In this document: piece by piece, positions 27,062-36,118 of the stretch
Layout: each line of letters begins with the position of its first letter
How positions within the stretch are numbered: position 1 is the stretch's first letter
NCBI GenBank assembly: GCA_964445485.1
Contig: CAYUPS010000001.1
Coordinates: forward strand, 76,941-140,940
Source: an uncultured Methanosarcinales archaeon
GTDB lineage: Archaea; Nanobdellota; Nanobdellia; Woesearchaeales; ARS49
DNA length: 64,000 nt
Direction of reading: 5' to 3'
Notes under the pieces: model-generated
Database searches by the model: none
What the model was told of the DNA's origin: nothing
Seen by the model: only the letters and a program-made list of their open reading frames with translations
Translations under genes and position numbers: made by a program

Positions 27062-28340
27062 AACAAACGCCCCAAGACTTGCCTCAGCCACGAGAGCTGC
27101 GATCGCGATATTCCTCCTGGCGTTCATGCTGCGCGCTGCGCTCGCGGTTATCGTCACCACCAGCCCATCGAGCTTCGACGAACATATCCTCGGCGGGGAT
27201 TTTGAGAGGTATCACTCAATCGCCACGTCACTCCTGCGCGGCGAGGGATTCTCGGAAGGGCGGGGGCCGACAGCAATCAGCGCACCGCTCTACCCGCTCT
27301 GGCTCGCAGGCGCGTATTGGGCGGGAGGCATAACCCCCGCGCCAATCCTCCTTGCACAGCTGCTCCAGGCAATCGTTGGCGCAGCGACAGCAGTCGTTCT
27401 CTATGCCGCTGCGAGGTCATTCCTTCCCGAGCGTGCCGCCCGCGCCGCAGGCATCATTCTTGCAGTATATCCTCACCACATCATACTGAGCGTGCAGTTG
27501 CTGACAGAGACGCTCTTCCTCTTCTTCCTCGCCCTGTTCCTCTGGGCGTGGATTTCATGTGTTATCAAGCCAACACCCCTATCTGCCGTGCTAACGGGCG
27601 GCGCGTTCAGCGCAGCGGTGCTCACAAGGCCAGTCATCGTGCTATTCCTCCCCTTTGCGCTCGGGTTCATCATCGCCAAGAACGATGAACGAGCTGCGCG
27701 TATGCGCTGTTGTGCGCTCATCTTCTTGATCTCTGCCACGCTCATTCTTCCGTGGTCTATCCGCAACAGTCTCGCCTTCGGCTCGTTCGTTCCCCTCTCG
27801 ACGTGGGGCGGGCACGCGCTCTATCAAGGCAACGCGCCGAACGGAACGGGTGGTCAAGGTGGAGATATCCTGCTTTGGCGCGACTATGCGCCAATTGATT
27901 TCGCGGCAGCATACCCGAACATCACCCTCAACGAGGCAGAAAGAGACACCGCATACAAAAACGCCGCCATCAAGAACATCCTGGCGCACCCATTCGGATT
28001 CCTCATGCGCGCGCCGGCCAAGCTGCGCAATATGCTGCGCATCAATTATGAGGGCGCCTCGCTGAAGAACGGCATCGTGACGACGATGAGCTACGTGCCC
28101 GTGCTCCTCGCAGGCACCTTGGGGATGTGGCTGCTCCGCAGACACCTGCAGACACTCTGTCTGAGCGCGTTCCTCATGTACTACCTCGCGTTCCACGCAA
28201 TATTCTTCGGCATCATCCGGTACAGAATTGTCATAGAAATGGTCCTGGCGGTATTCGCAGCGTATGCAGTCCACCGAGCAGTCGCCTCCCTCACACGGCC
28301 ACATGAAAACTCAGGCAGAACACCTGCAAACGCCCCATGA
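27051..28340 (+). CDS. GT-C fold glycosyltransferase (PMT_2 / ArnT / GT39-like, lipid-phosphate-sugar dependent)
   Basis: ATG 27051 overlaps Dpm1-like stop by 11 nt; ~12 TM helices with extracytoplasmic loop RGEGF near first TMs. Confidence 0.65.
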   Translation: MTSRTNAPRLASATRAAIAIFLLAFMLRAALAVIVTTSPSSFDEHILGGDFERYHSIATSLLRGEGFSEGRGPTAISAPLYPLWLAGAYWAGGITPAPILLAQLLQAIVGAATAVVLYAAARSFLPERAARAAGIILAVYPHHIILSVQLLTETLFLFFLALFLWAWISCVIKPTPLSAVLTGGAFSAAVLTRPVIVLFLPFALGFIIAKNDERAARMRCCALIFLISATLILPWSIRNSLAFGSFVPLSTWGGHALYQGNAPNGTGGQGGDILLWRDYAPIDFAAAYPNITLNEAERDTAYKNAAIKNILAHPFGFLMRAPAKLRNMLRINYEGASLKNGIVTTMSYVPVLLAGTLGMWLLRRHLQTLCLSAFLMYYLAFHAIFFGIIRYRIVIEMVLAVFAAYAVHRAVASLTRPHENSGRTPANAP

Positions 28341-29404
28341 AATCCTCCCTGCTCCGCATCCTTGCCTGCCCCGCCTGCGCTGGTGCGCTCACTCTCCAGA
28401 CGTTTCGCAAGGAAGGGATGGAGATACTCGACGGCAAGCTAGCATGCCGATCCTGCGCAAGCGCGTACCCCCTCATTGCAGGGGTACCGCGCATGCTCGC
28501 GAGAGAATACCTCGGAGAAGTGGAGAGGATGCATCCTTCATTCTTCAAGGAGCATCCGGAATTCAGCACGGGGCGCTCAGCGCAGAAGAAGGGCCTCTCG
28601 CCCAAAGAGAGGACACAGAGGAGCTTCGGATATCAGTGGACTCGCTTCAGCCAGATGCATGAGACATTCCGGCACAACTTCCTCAATTATCTCTACCCCT
28701 CGACAGAACATTCATTCAAAGGCAAGGTTGTACTCGATGCAGGGTGCGGCTTCGGCAGGCATCTTTTCTATGCAGCCACGTTCGGCGCGAAGACGGCGGT
28801 CGGGCTTGATTTCAGCATCGCTGCTGACGTCTCATGGAACAACACCCGGCGGCTCCCCCACGCACATGTCGTCCAAGGAGACATCTATCATCCACCATTC
28901 CGACGAGAGACGTTCGATTTGGTCTATAGCGTCGGCGTGCTGCACCACCTGCCGACACCCGAGAGCGGATTCAGGAGCCTGCTGCCCCTCGTAAGACGCG
29001 GCGGAATCGCGCATGTATGGCTTTACAGCAAGGCGCGCCCGATCAGCAATACCTTGATGGAGGCTATCAGGGTATTGACAAGGAATCTACCCTTCAATGT
29101 GCTCTATTGCTTGTGCTACGCCTGCGCAATCCTCGACTACACAGCGATACGCGCATATACCGCGCTCGCGAGCGACAGAGGAACGAAACCTGTAGCGGAG
29201 GCCATCGCTCCCGCCCGCATCAAACTCTACTCCCGCTATCCCTTCCAGGTCTGCTTCGCGGATTGGTTCGACCGGCTCTCAGCACCCATCAGGTTCTATT
29301 ATGACGAGAAGGAAGTGCGCGCATGGTTCGAACGCGCAGAACTCTCAGATATACACACAAGCCCCACAGGGAGATACGGATGGCGGGGCAGGGGGCGAAC
29401 GTGA
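28337..29404 (+). CDS. Trm112-like zinc-ribbon + class I SAM-dependent methyltransferase
   Basis: ATGA overlap with upstream gene; N-term CPACAG...CRSC; VLDAGCGFGRH motif I. Confidence 0.75.
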   Translation: MKSSLLRILACPACAGALTLQTFRKEGMEILDGKLACRSCASAYPLIAGVPRMLAREYLGEVERMHPSFFKEHPEFSTGRSAQKKGLSPKERTQRSFGYQWTRFSQMHETFRHNFLNYLYPSTEHSFKGKVVLDAGCGFGRHLFYAATFGAKTAVGLDFSIAADVSWNNTRRLPHAHVVQGDIYHPPFRRETFDLVYSVGVLHHLPTPESGFRSLLPLVRRGGIAHVWLYSKARPISNTLMEAIRVLTRNLPFNVLYCLCYACAILDYTAIRAYTALASDRGTKPVAEAIAPARIKLYSRYPFQVCFADWFDRLSAPIRFYYDEKEVRAWFERAELSDIHTSPTGRYGWRGRGRT

Positions 29405-30462
29405 AAGCGCTCGTCATCGTCTCGCACGAAAACGGCCCTGCTGCGAGGTTCCGCATCTATCCGCTTCTCGATCGACTTCGCCAGAGAAGCATCGATGCAA
29501 CAGTCATCCCTTTTGTCGACGCCGCGTTCCACCGAGTATTATACAAAAAAGGGCACAGCGTTGCCAAGGCGTGGCATCTCGCACGGGCGCTCGTCCGTGC
29601 AGCGATACTGCCCATCCGCGCGCTGCGATATGATGTCATCCTCGTGCAACGAGAGGCATGCCTGATCGGCCCCCCGCTTATCGAATGGATGCTTTCGATA
29701 CTCAGACCACTCGTGTATGATTTCGACGATGCGGTTTATCTCGCGCCCAGCGGCCTGCGAGGTCTCCGCAAATGGCTCAGGAATCCTGAGAAGACCTCTC
29801 GGATCATCAAACGCAGCACGATAGTTCTCGCAGGGAACCAGACTTTGGCGAAGTATGCCCTGCTGCACAACCAAGCAGTGCGCATTCTCCCCACAGTTAT
29901 CGACACAGCATACTACCGCCCAGGGAACCGCCGCAATACAGTGCCCGTGATAGGCTGGACGGGCAGCAAGACCACGCTAGAATATATCCGACGGCTCACC
30001 CCCGCGCTAGAGCGTCTCGCCAAACAGCACACATTCGAGCTGCACATCATCGCCAATGATATCGCGCCATGGCAGATCACTGGCGTGAACACGAAATTCA
30101 TGGGATGGGAGCCTGACAAAGAGCTCCAGAGAATACAGAGTTTCGATATCGGACTGATGCCTCTTCCAGATGATGAGTGGACACGGGGCAAATGCGGGCT
30201 CAAGGCATTGCAATACATGGCATGCGGTGTCGCAACAGTCGTTTCGCCCGTCGGGATGAATCGGGAACTCATCGCAAACGGCGACAGCGGCCTGCACGCA
30301 ACGACGGATGAAGAGTGGTGCCGCGCAGTATCCTCCCTGCTAGAAGATGAGGCTCTCCGGGCGAGACTTGGCACGAACGGGCGGCTGACTGTCGCGTCGA
30401 GCTATTCCCTCGACACGGCAGCACCGATACTTGCAGCAGCACTTCTAGACGCAGGTGAATGA
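29380..30462 (+). CDS. glycosyltransferase family 4
   Basis: ATG 29380 within track ORF 29323; C-terminal ...GLKALQYMACGVATVVSPVG motif. Confidence 0.75.
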   Translation: MAGQGANVKALVIVSHENGPAARFRIYPLLDRLRQRSIDATVIPFVDAAFHRVLYKKGHSVAKAWHLARALVRAAILPIRALRYDVILVQREACLIGPPLIEWMLSILRPLVYDFDDAVYLAPSGLRGLRKWLRNPEKTSRIIKRSTIVLAGNQTLAKYALLHNQAVRILPTVIDTAYYRPGNRRNTVPVIGWTGSKTTLEYIRRLTPALERLAKQHTFELHIIANDIAPWQITGVNTKFMGWEPDKELQRIQSFDIGLMPLPDDEWTRGKCGLKALQYMACGVATVVSPVGMNRELIANGDSGLHATTDEEWCRAVSSLLEDEALRARLGTNGRLTVASSYSLDTAAPILAAALLDAGE

Positions 30463-31595
30463 ACATGGCAAAGATAGCGCACCTCATCACTCGTCTCATC
30501 CACGGCGGTGCGGATGAGAACACCATGCTGACTGTCGAGGGCCAGCTGCGCAACGGCCATGAGGTCACGATTGTCGTCGGGGAGGAATATGATGACGCGC
30601 TCGTCCAGAGTATGCGCGAGAAGGGCGCTGCATTTCACAGCGTGCCGCTGCGTCATTTCTCGCTCAAGAGCGCGATGCGCTGTGTCCGCCCGCTCGCGGA
30701 GTACCTGCGAGGGCAGGAGTTCGATATAGTCCACACGCATGAGACTGAGATGGGGATTGTCGGGCGACTCGCCGCGAGACGCGCAGGGGTTCCCTTCATC
30801 GTGCACACGGTGCACGGGGTTCCGTTCTCGCCACACCGCCCGCTATGGCTCAATACCTTCGTGTCGATTCTTGAGAGGTATTGCGCGCGGTTCACTGACG
30901 CGATCATCACTAATTCGGACAGCATCCGGGAAGAATATCTGCGCAGGAGGATCGGCCGCCGACGCCAGTACGTGACGGTGCACAGCGGCATCGACCTTCG
31001 GAAGTACGCGAGGCCTCTGCGGCCCGATGTCACTGCGCGACCGACGATAACAATCATCGCGCGGTTGGCGCAGGGCAAAGGCCATGGCGATCTCCTCAAG
31101 GCTGTCGCACGGCTGCGAGGGAAAATCCGCGGCCTGCGATGCATGATCGTCGGCGACGGAGAGCGGCGCGATGCGATCGCGCTCGCCATCGCGCGGCTGG
31201 GACTCAATAAGACTGCGAGTATCCTGGGCCATCGCGAAGACATTCCCGCCATCCTCGCGCAAACGACCGTCCTCGCGCTGCCCGCGTACTGGGAAGGGAC
31301 GCCCCGGGCCATCACTGAAGCGATGGCTGCCGGTGTTCCCGTTGTTGCGACGCCTGTCGGCGGTATCGCCGAGCAAGTGGAGCATGGTGTGAGCGGCTAT
31401 CTCGTGCCAGTCAAGGACCCGCTCGCGCTCGCGGACGCGATCGAGAAGATACTCCAGGACAGCGAGCTCGCCCACTCGATGGGAGCGGCGGGAAGGCATC
31501 GCGCAAAACAGTTCTCCAAAGAGGCCATGGTCCATGGCATCGAAGATGTCTATGACGCCCTCCTCAGATCGCACGGCGCCCTCCAGAAACCTTAA
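30459..31595 (+). CDS. glycosyltransferase family 4
   Basis: 378 aa; ATGA overlap; EGTPRAITEAMAAGVPVVATPVGG motif. Confidence 0.8.
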   Translation: MNMAKIAHLITRLIHGGADENTMLTVEGQLRNGHEVTIVVGEEYDDALVQSMREKGAAFHSVPLRHFSLKSAMRCVRPLAEYLRGQEFDIVHTHETEMGIVGRLAARRAGVPFIVHTVHGVPFSPHRPLWLNTFVSILERYCARFTDAIITNSDSIREEYLRRRIGRRRQYVTVHSGIDLRKYARPLRPDVTARPTITIIARLAQGKGHGDLLKAVARLRGKIRGLRCMIVGDGERRDAIALAIARLGLNKTASILGHREDIPAILAQTTVLALPAYWEGTPRAITEAMAAGVPVVATPVGGIAEQVEHGVSGYLVPVKDPLALADAIEKILQDSELAHSMGAAGRHRAKQFSKEAMVHGIEDVYDALLRSHGALQKP

Positions 31596-31620
31596 AAACT
31601 CTCTCTGATGAGCGCAGGTC

Positions 31621-32628
31621 ATGCCCGCTCTGCTCACGTACGCGAATATCGCGCTCTCGTTCTTCGCGACGCTCCTCGTGCTGCCGTACTGGATCAGGCG
31701 CGCGAGAGAGCACGGTTTTGTCGGGACTGACATGCAGAAGCTCGACAAGCCGAAAGTCGCGGAGATGGGAGGCATCTGCGCGGTCTTGGGCATCATCGTC
31801 GGTCTGCTCACATATGTCGGCCTGCAGGTCTTCATCTATCATAGCTTCAATCCCGTGCTGTTCCAGCTGGCGGCGACGACGAGCGTGCTCATCGCGTGCA
31901 TGATCGGCCTGATCGACAACCTGCTGGGCTGGAAGATCGGGCTGCGCCAGTACCAGAAGGTGCTGCTGACGCTGCTCATCCCAATCCCGCTCATGGTCGT
32001 GAACGCGGGCGAGCATATCATGACACTGCCGCTCGTCGGGAACATCGATTTCGGCATCATCTATCCTCTTCTTATCATCCCGCTCGGCATCATCGGCGCG
32101 TCGAACGCGTTCAACATGCTCGCAGGCATGAACGGCCTCGAGGCGGGGCAGGGCATGCTGATCCTCGGCACGCTGGGATATATCGCGTGGGGGACGGGGC
32201 ACTCGCCGGCGGCATTGATCGCCGCGTGCGCTGTCGCTGCGCTGCTCGCGTTCTGGCTCTTCAACCGCTATCCTGCAAGGGTGTTCCCTGGCGATCCGCT
32301 CACGTACAGCGTGGGCACCATCATCGCGATTGTCGCCATCTTGGGCAACATGGAGAAGTTCGCGCTCATCCTGTTCATCCCGTACTTCGTCGAGTTCGTG
32401 CTGAAATTGCGCGGGGATTTCAAGAAGGAGAGCTTCGCGCGCGTGCGGCATGACGGGGCTCTGGAGAACCAGCATGCGCAGTGGTACTCGCTGACGCACG
32501 TGGCCGTGTCATTCCTGCGACGCGTCAAGGGGTCGGCGTATGAGCAGCAGGTGGTGTGGGCGATCCATCTCGCGCAGGCATTGCTGTGCATCATCGTGCT
32601 CTTCCTCTACCAACCGCCGATCGCCTGA
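31621..32628 (+). CDS. aglH: UDP-GlcNAc:dolichyl-phosphate GlcNAc-1-phosphate transferase (AglH / GPT, MraY-WecA family)
   Basis: 335 aa polytopic; NAFNMLAGMNGLEAG motif of polyprenyl-phosphate hexose-1-P transferases. Confidence 0.85.
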   Translation: MPALLTYANIALSFFATLLVLPYWIRRAREHGFVGTDMQKLDKPKVAEMGGICAVLGIIVGLLTYVGLQVFIYHSFNPVLFQLAATTSVLIACMIGLIDNLLGWKIGLRQYQKVLLTLLIPIPLMVVNAGEHIMTLPLVGNIDFGIIYPLLIIPLGIIGASNAFNMLAGMNGLEAGQGMLILGTLGYIAWGTGHSPAALIAACAVAALLAFWLFNRYPARVFPGDPLTYSVGTIIAIVAILGNMEKFALILFIPYFVEFVLKLRGDFKKESFARVRHDGALENQHAQWYSLTHVAVSFLRRVKGSAYEQQVVWAIHLAQALLCIIVLFLYQPPIA

Positions 32629-32632
32629 GCAT

Positions 32633-33463
32633 ATGCGCGTCCATGTCTTCGGCAGCGGCATCATCGCCCAGGGATTCTCGCGAGGATTGCTGCGGCGGGA
32701 CCATGTCATGTCTGCATCGGATACGCCAACGCATGATGCGCGGGAGGTGTGGGACGCTCTCGGCGGAGCGCGGCTCGACACCGTGCTCGATTGCTCGGAG
32801 CTGCGCGATGCGTACGCGTGCGAGCGCGGTCCGCAGGAAGCGTTCGCGCGCAACGTCCTCGGCCCGCTGACACTCGCAGAGTACTGCGCAGAGACGGGCA
32901 TATCCCTGACGCGGGTCACGAGCGGGCACATCTATGAGGGAGACGTGTGCGGCTGGCCGCATGGCGAAGCCGCGGTGCCGACGTATTGCAAGAGTGTGCA
33001 CAGCCGCACGGTCGCGATGGCGCAGCAGCTCCTGCCAACGGATGCGCTGCAACTTCGCATCGGATCGATCGTCATGGGCGAGCGCCATCCGGAGAATCTG
33101 CTGACGCATCTCGCGGACTGCGGGTATGGCGGAATCGTGCCGGAGAGCGTGATCACGCTCGATGATCTGGTGCGGACCGGGATCACGCTCATCACGCAGA
33201 GGGCAACGGGCGCGTACAACGTGGCCAATCCCGGCGGGATGTCTGAGAAGGATATCATGCAGGAATACCGCCGCCTGGTCGATCCGGCGGCGCGTTTTGA
33301 GGCGCTCAATCCCGTCGGCATCGGGTATGCGAATCCGCTGCGGACGTATTGCGTGCTGGGGACGGAGAAGCTGGAGGCAGCGCGCATCGTTTTGCCTTGC
33401 GCGCGCGATGCGGTGCGGGAGTGCTGCGAGGATTACTTCTTGGGGCTCCTGTCAGGGACGTAG
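32633..33463 (+). CDS. RmlD-like NAD(P)-dependent sugar-nucleotide reductase/epimerase (tentative)
   Basis: ATG 32633 within track ORF 32540; atypical Rossmann VFGSGIIAQGF; RmlD-like length and position in glycan cluster. Confidence 0.45.
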   Translation: MRVHVFGSGIIAQGFSRGLLRRDHVMSASDTPTHDAREVWDALGGARLDTVLDCSELRDAYACERGPQEAFARNVLGPLTLAEYCAETGISLTRVTSGHIYEGDVCGWPHGEAAVPTYCKSVHSRTVAMAQQLLPTDALQLRIGSIVMGERHPENLLTHLADCGYGGIVPESVITLDDLVRTGITLITQRATGAYNVANPGGMSEKDIMQEYRRLVDPAARFEALNPVGIGYANPLRTYCVLGTEKLEAARIVLPCARDAVRECCEDYFLGLLSGT

Positions 33464-33714
33464 CGGATGCTGACGTCCTCATCGCAGAACGCTTCCTCTT
33501 CGTCCGCGGTGCCTGTGACGATGCGCCAGAGCGCCCTGCCGACGCTCGCGAGGCGCGATGTCTCTTCGGCGTGGTTGCGCATGACCCCTGGCGATAGCAT
33601 ATGGATGACCCCGTATCGTCGGTGGGCAAGGGGATATTTAACCATTCTGTCGAGAAAATCACGGAATCGCTCACGGGCGTAAGCTTTATAATAGGTCTTC
33701 GGATAGCGCGGCGC

Positions 33715-35019
33715 ATGAACTTGGACGAGCGAGTCAAGGGCACAGTCATCGGCAGCCTCGGCCTCGGCTATGTCGGCCTCCCGCTCGCCGTCGCCATGGC
33801 CAAGCACTATCCCGTCATCGGGTATGACATGAACGCCCAGAAGATCGCCATGCTCAAAGCAGGCCAGGACCCCACCAACGAGGTCGGTCCCGATGGCATC
33901 AAGGCGACCACCGCGCAGTTCACCACCGATGCGGCGGAACTCGGCAAGAGCAACTTCATCATCGTCGCCGTACCGACACCTGTCACTGCGGCGAAAGTCC
34001 CTGATCTGACTGCCATCATGAACTCCGCCGACACGATTGGCAAGCACATCAAAAAAGGCACCACGGTCGTGCTCGAGAGCACCGTGTACCCGGGCGTGAC
34101 CGAAGAGGTCTTCGGCCCACGCATCGCCAAAGCGTCAGGCCTCGAGATAGGCAAGGAGTTCTACCTCGGTTACTCTCCTGAGCGCATCAACCCCGGCGAC
34201 ACGGAGCATACCGTCGAGAAGATCAAGAAGATCGTCGCCGGCCAGGACGAGGAGACCCTCAAGTACATCGCCGCAGTCTACGCCAAACCCATCAAAGCGG
34301 GCCTGCACCTCGCCCCCAGCATCAAGGTCGCCGAGATGAGCAAAGTCATCGAGAACACGCAACGAGACATGAATATCGCATTCGTCAACGAACTGAGCCG
34401 CATGTGCCGCGCCGAAGGCATCGACGTCAAGGACGTGCTCGACGCGGCAGGCACGAAATGGAACTTCATCCGCATGCGCCCCGGCATCGTCGGCGGGCAC
34501 TGCCTCCCCGAGGATCCGTGGTACATGCTGCAGCGCGCGCTCGAGCACGGCCACATGAGCGCGCTCATCCAGAGCGCCCGCAGCATCAACGACACCATCC
34601 ACAAGGACGTCAGCAGCATCATCCTCAACGGCTTCAACGAGGCGGAGAAGGTCCCGCGCCGAAGCTCGCTCCTCATCATGGGCCTCACGTTCAAGGAGAA
34701 CGTCAATGACTACCGCCACTCGGGCGCCAAGTACGTCATCGACGCCCTCAAGGAGCAGAAAGTCACGCTCTTCGGCTACGACCCCCACCTCGACGCTGCG
34801 ACAGTCTCGCACGAATTCAAGGTGCCCAGCGTCACGCCGGACGCGCTGCCGCAGAGAGTCGACGGCATCGTCGACCTCGCACCGCACGCCGCATTCAAGC
34901 GCAACGACCTCGCGTACTGGCGTTCGCTCTGCAACAGCACCCCTCTCTTCTTCGACCTCGCCCGCCAGTTCGACAAGAAGGCTGCCAAAGACGCAGGCTT
35001 CCTCTACCTCCACCTGTAA
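33715..35019 (+). CDS. nucleotide-sugar dehydrogenase (UDP-glucose/UDP-ManNAc dehydrogenase family)
   Basis: ATG 33715 within track ORF 33601; TTTATAAT 33685-33692 upstream; VIGSLGLGYVGLPLAVAMAKHYPVIGYD N-terminal NAD-binding motif. Confidence 0.88.
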   Translation: MNLDERVKGTVIGSLGLGYVGLPLAVAMAKHYPVIGYDMNAQKIAMLKAGQDPTNEVGPDGIKATTAQFTTDAAELGKSNFIIVAVPTPVTAAKVPDLTAIMNSADTIGKHIKKGTTVVLESTVYPGVTEEVFGPRIAKASGLEIGKEFYLGYSPERINPGDTEHTVEKIKKIVAGQDEETLKYIAAVYAKPIKAGLHLAPSIKVAEMSKVIENTQRDMNIAFVNELSRMCRAEGIDVKDVLDAAGTKWNFIRMRPGIVGGHCLPEDPWYMLQRALEHGHMSALIQSARSINDTIHKDVSSIILNGFNEAEKVPRRSSLLIMGLTFKENVNDYRHSGAKYVIDALKEQKVTLFGYDPHLDAATVSHEFKVPSVTPDALPQRVDGIVDLAPHAAFKRNDLAYWRSLCNSTPLFFDLARQFDKKAAKDAGFLYLHL

Positions 35020-35053
35020 GGGTTTATAAAGGGCCTTTCTCTGGCATAGAGCG

Positions 35054-36085
35054 ATGAGCTTCCAGACAGTCCCGACGCCCGAGACCGCGCAGAAATACCT
35101 CGACATGGCTGTCAACGAGGCGCGCAGCGCTGCCAACAGGCAGCGCGACGATCTCGAAGGGTCCGGCCTCAACCGCGTGATGCGCTCACGGAGGCTCGAG
35201 AGCACCAAAGTCACAGTCATGGCCCTCGTCCTCGAGCGCAACTTCCTCGCGCTCGTCAAAGGGTTCCCCAGCATCGACAGCATCGACATCTTCTATCGCG
35301 AACTCGCCCGCTGCACCATCGACGTCGACGGATACAAGAAAGCCCTCGGCGCGCTGCAGTGGGCCGCAGGCACCATCGGCAACCTTGCGAGGGAAACTGT
35401 GCGCAAAGTGCGCGGATCCGCCGACCCCGCCGAGATGAACCACATACGCAGCGCCTTCCTCGGCAGAGCATCAAGCGTCGTCAAGAGGGTCGCGCCAGAC
35501 CTCAAACTGCTCAAGCTGTGCGCAGCCGTGATCCGGCGTTTCCCCTCCATCAAGACCAAACAGGGGGCGCTCATCATCTGCGGTTTCCCCAACGTCGGCA
35601 AAAGCACGCTGCTCAACACGTTCACCGGCAGCGCGCCAAAAGCAGCGCCCTACCCGTTCACCACAAAACAGCTCATGATCGGCAATACGACCCTCGGCGA
35701 CGAGACGCTGCAGGTCATCGACACACCAGGACTGCTCGACCGCCCCCTCGAAAAACGCAACAAGATCGAGCGGCAGGCCGCGCTCGCGCTCAAGCACCTC
35801 GCGCGCATCATCCTCTTCATCATCGATCCGACCGATGTCTGCGGTTATCCGCTCTCTGCGCAGATCGCGCTCCTCAAAGACATCCGGGAACATTTCGACG
35901 TTCCCTGCATCGTCGCTCTCAACAAGATGGATCGCGTCAGCGAGCAAGAGCGCGCCGCAGCCGACGCAGCAGTGCCAAAAGGCGTCAAAGCGGTGTGGAT
36001 CAGCGCAGAGCACAGCCAAGGGCTGGACACGCTCCGCGACACGCTCATCGCCGCGCTGCCGCCGAAATCCTCGACGATGCCATAA
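35054..36085 (+). CDS. nog1: NOG1-family GTPase (Nog1/MJ1464-like, Obg-related)
   Basis: 343 aa; NOG1 N-terminal helical domain followed by G1 GFPNVGKSTLLN, G3 DTPGL, NKMD; palindromic TTTATAAA 35023-35030 ~27 nt upstream. Confidence 0.85.
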   Translation: MSFQTVPTPETAQKYLDMAVNEARSAANRQRDDLEGSGLNRVMRSRRLESTKVTVMALVLERNFLALVKGFPSIDSIDIFYRELARCTIDVDGYKKALGALQWAAGTIGNLARETVRKVRGSADPAEMNHIRSAFLGRASSVVKRVAPDLKLLKLCAAVIRRFPSIKTKQGALIICGFPNVGKSTLLNTFTGSAPKAAPYPFTTKQLMIGNTTLGDETLQVIDTPGLLDRPLEKRNKIERQAALALKHLARIILFIIDPTDVCGYPLSAQIALLKDIREHFDVPCIVALNKMDRVSEQERAAADAAVPKGVKAVWISAEHSQGLDTLRDTLIAALPPKSSTMP

Positions 36086-36118
36086 CGCTTAAAAAGGCGC
36101 TTGCCTCCTGCATTCTCG

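Noticed and set aside
33433-34047. 204-aa minus-strand ORF between the RmlD-like and UDP-sugar dehydrogenase genes
   Set aside because: It overlaps both flanking + genes, including the promoter and start of the dehydrogenase, and has no motif. Only its last ~70 codons are free; I left it uncalled.
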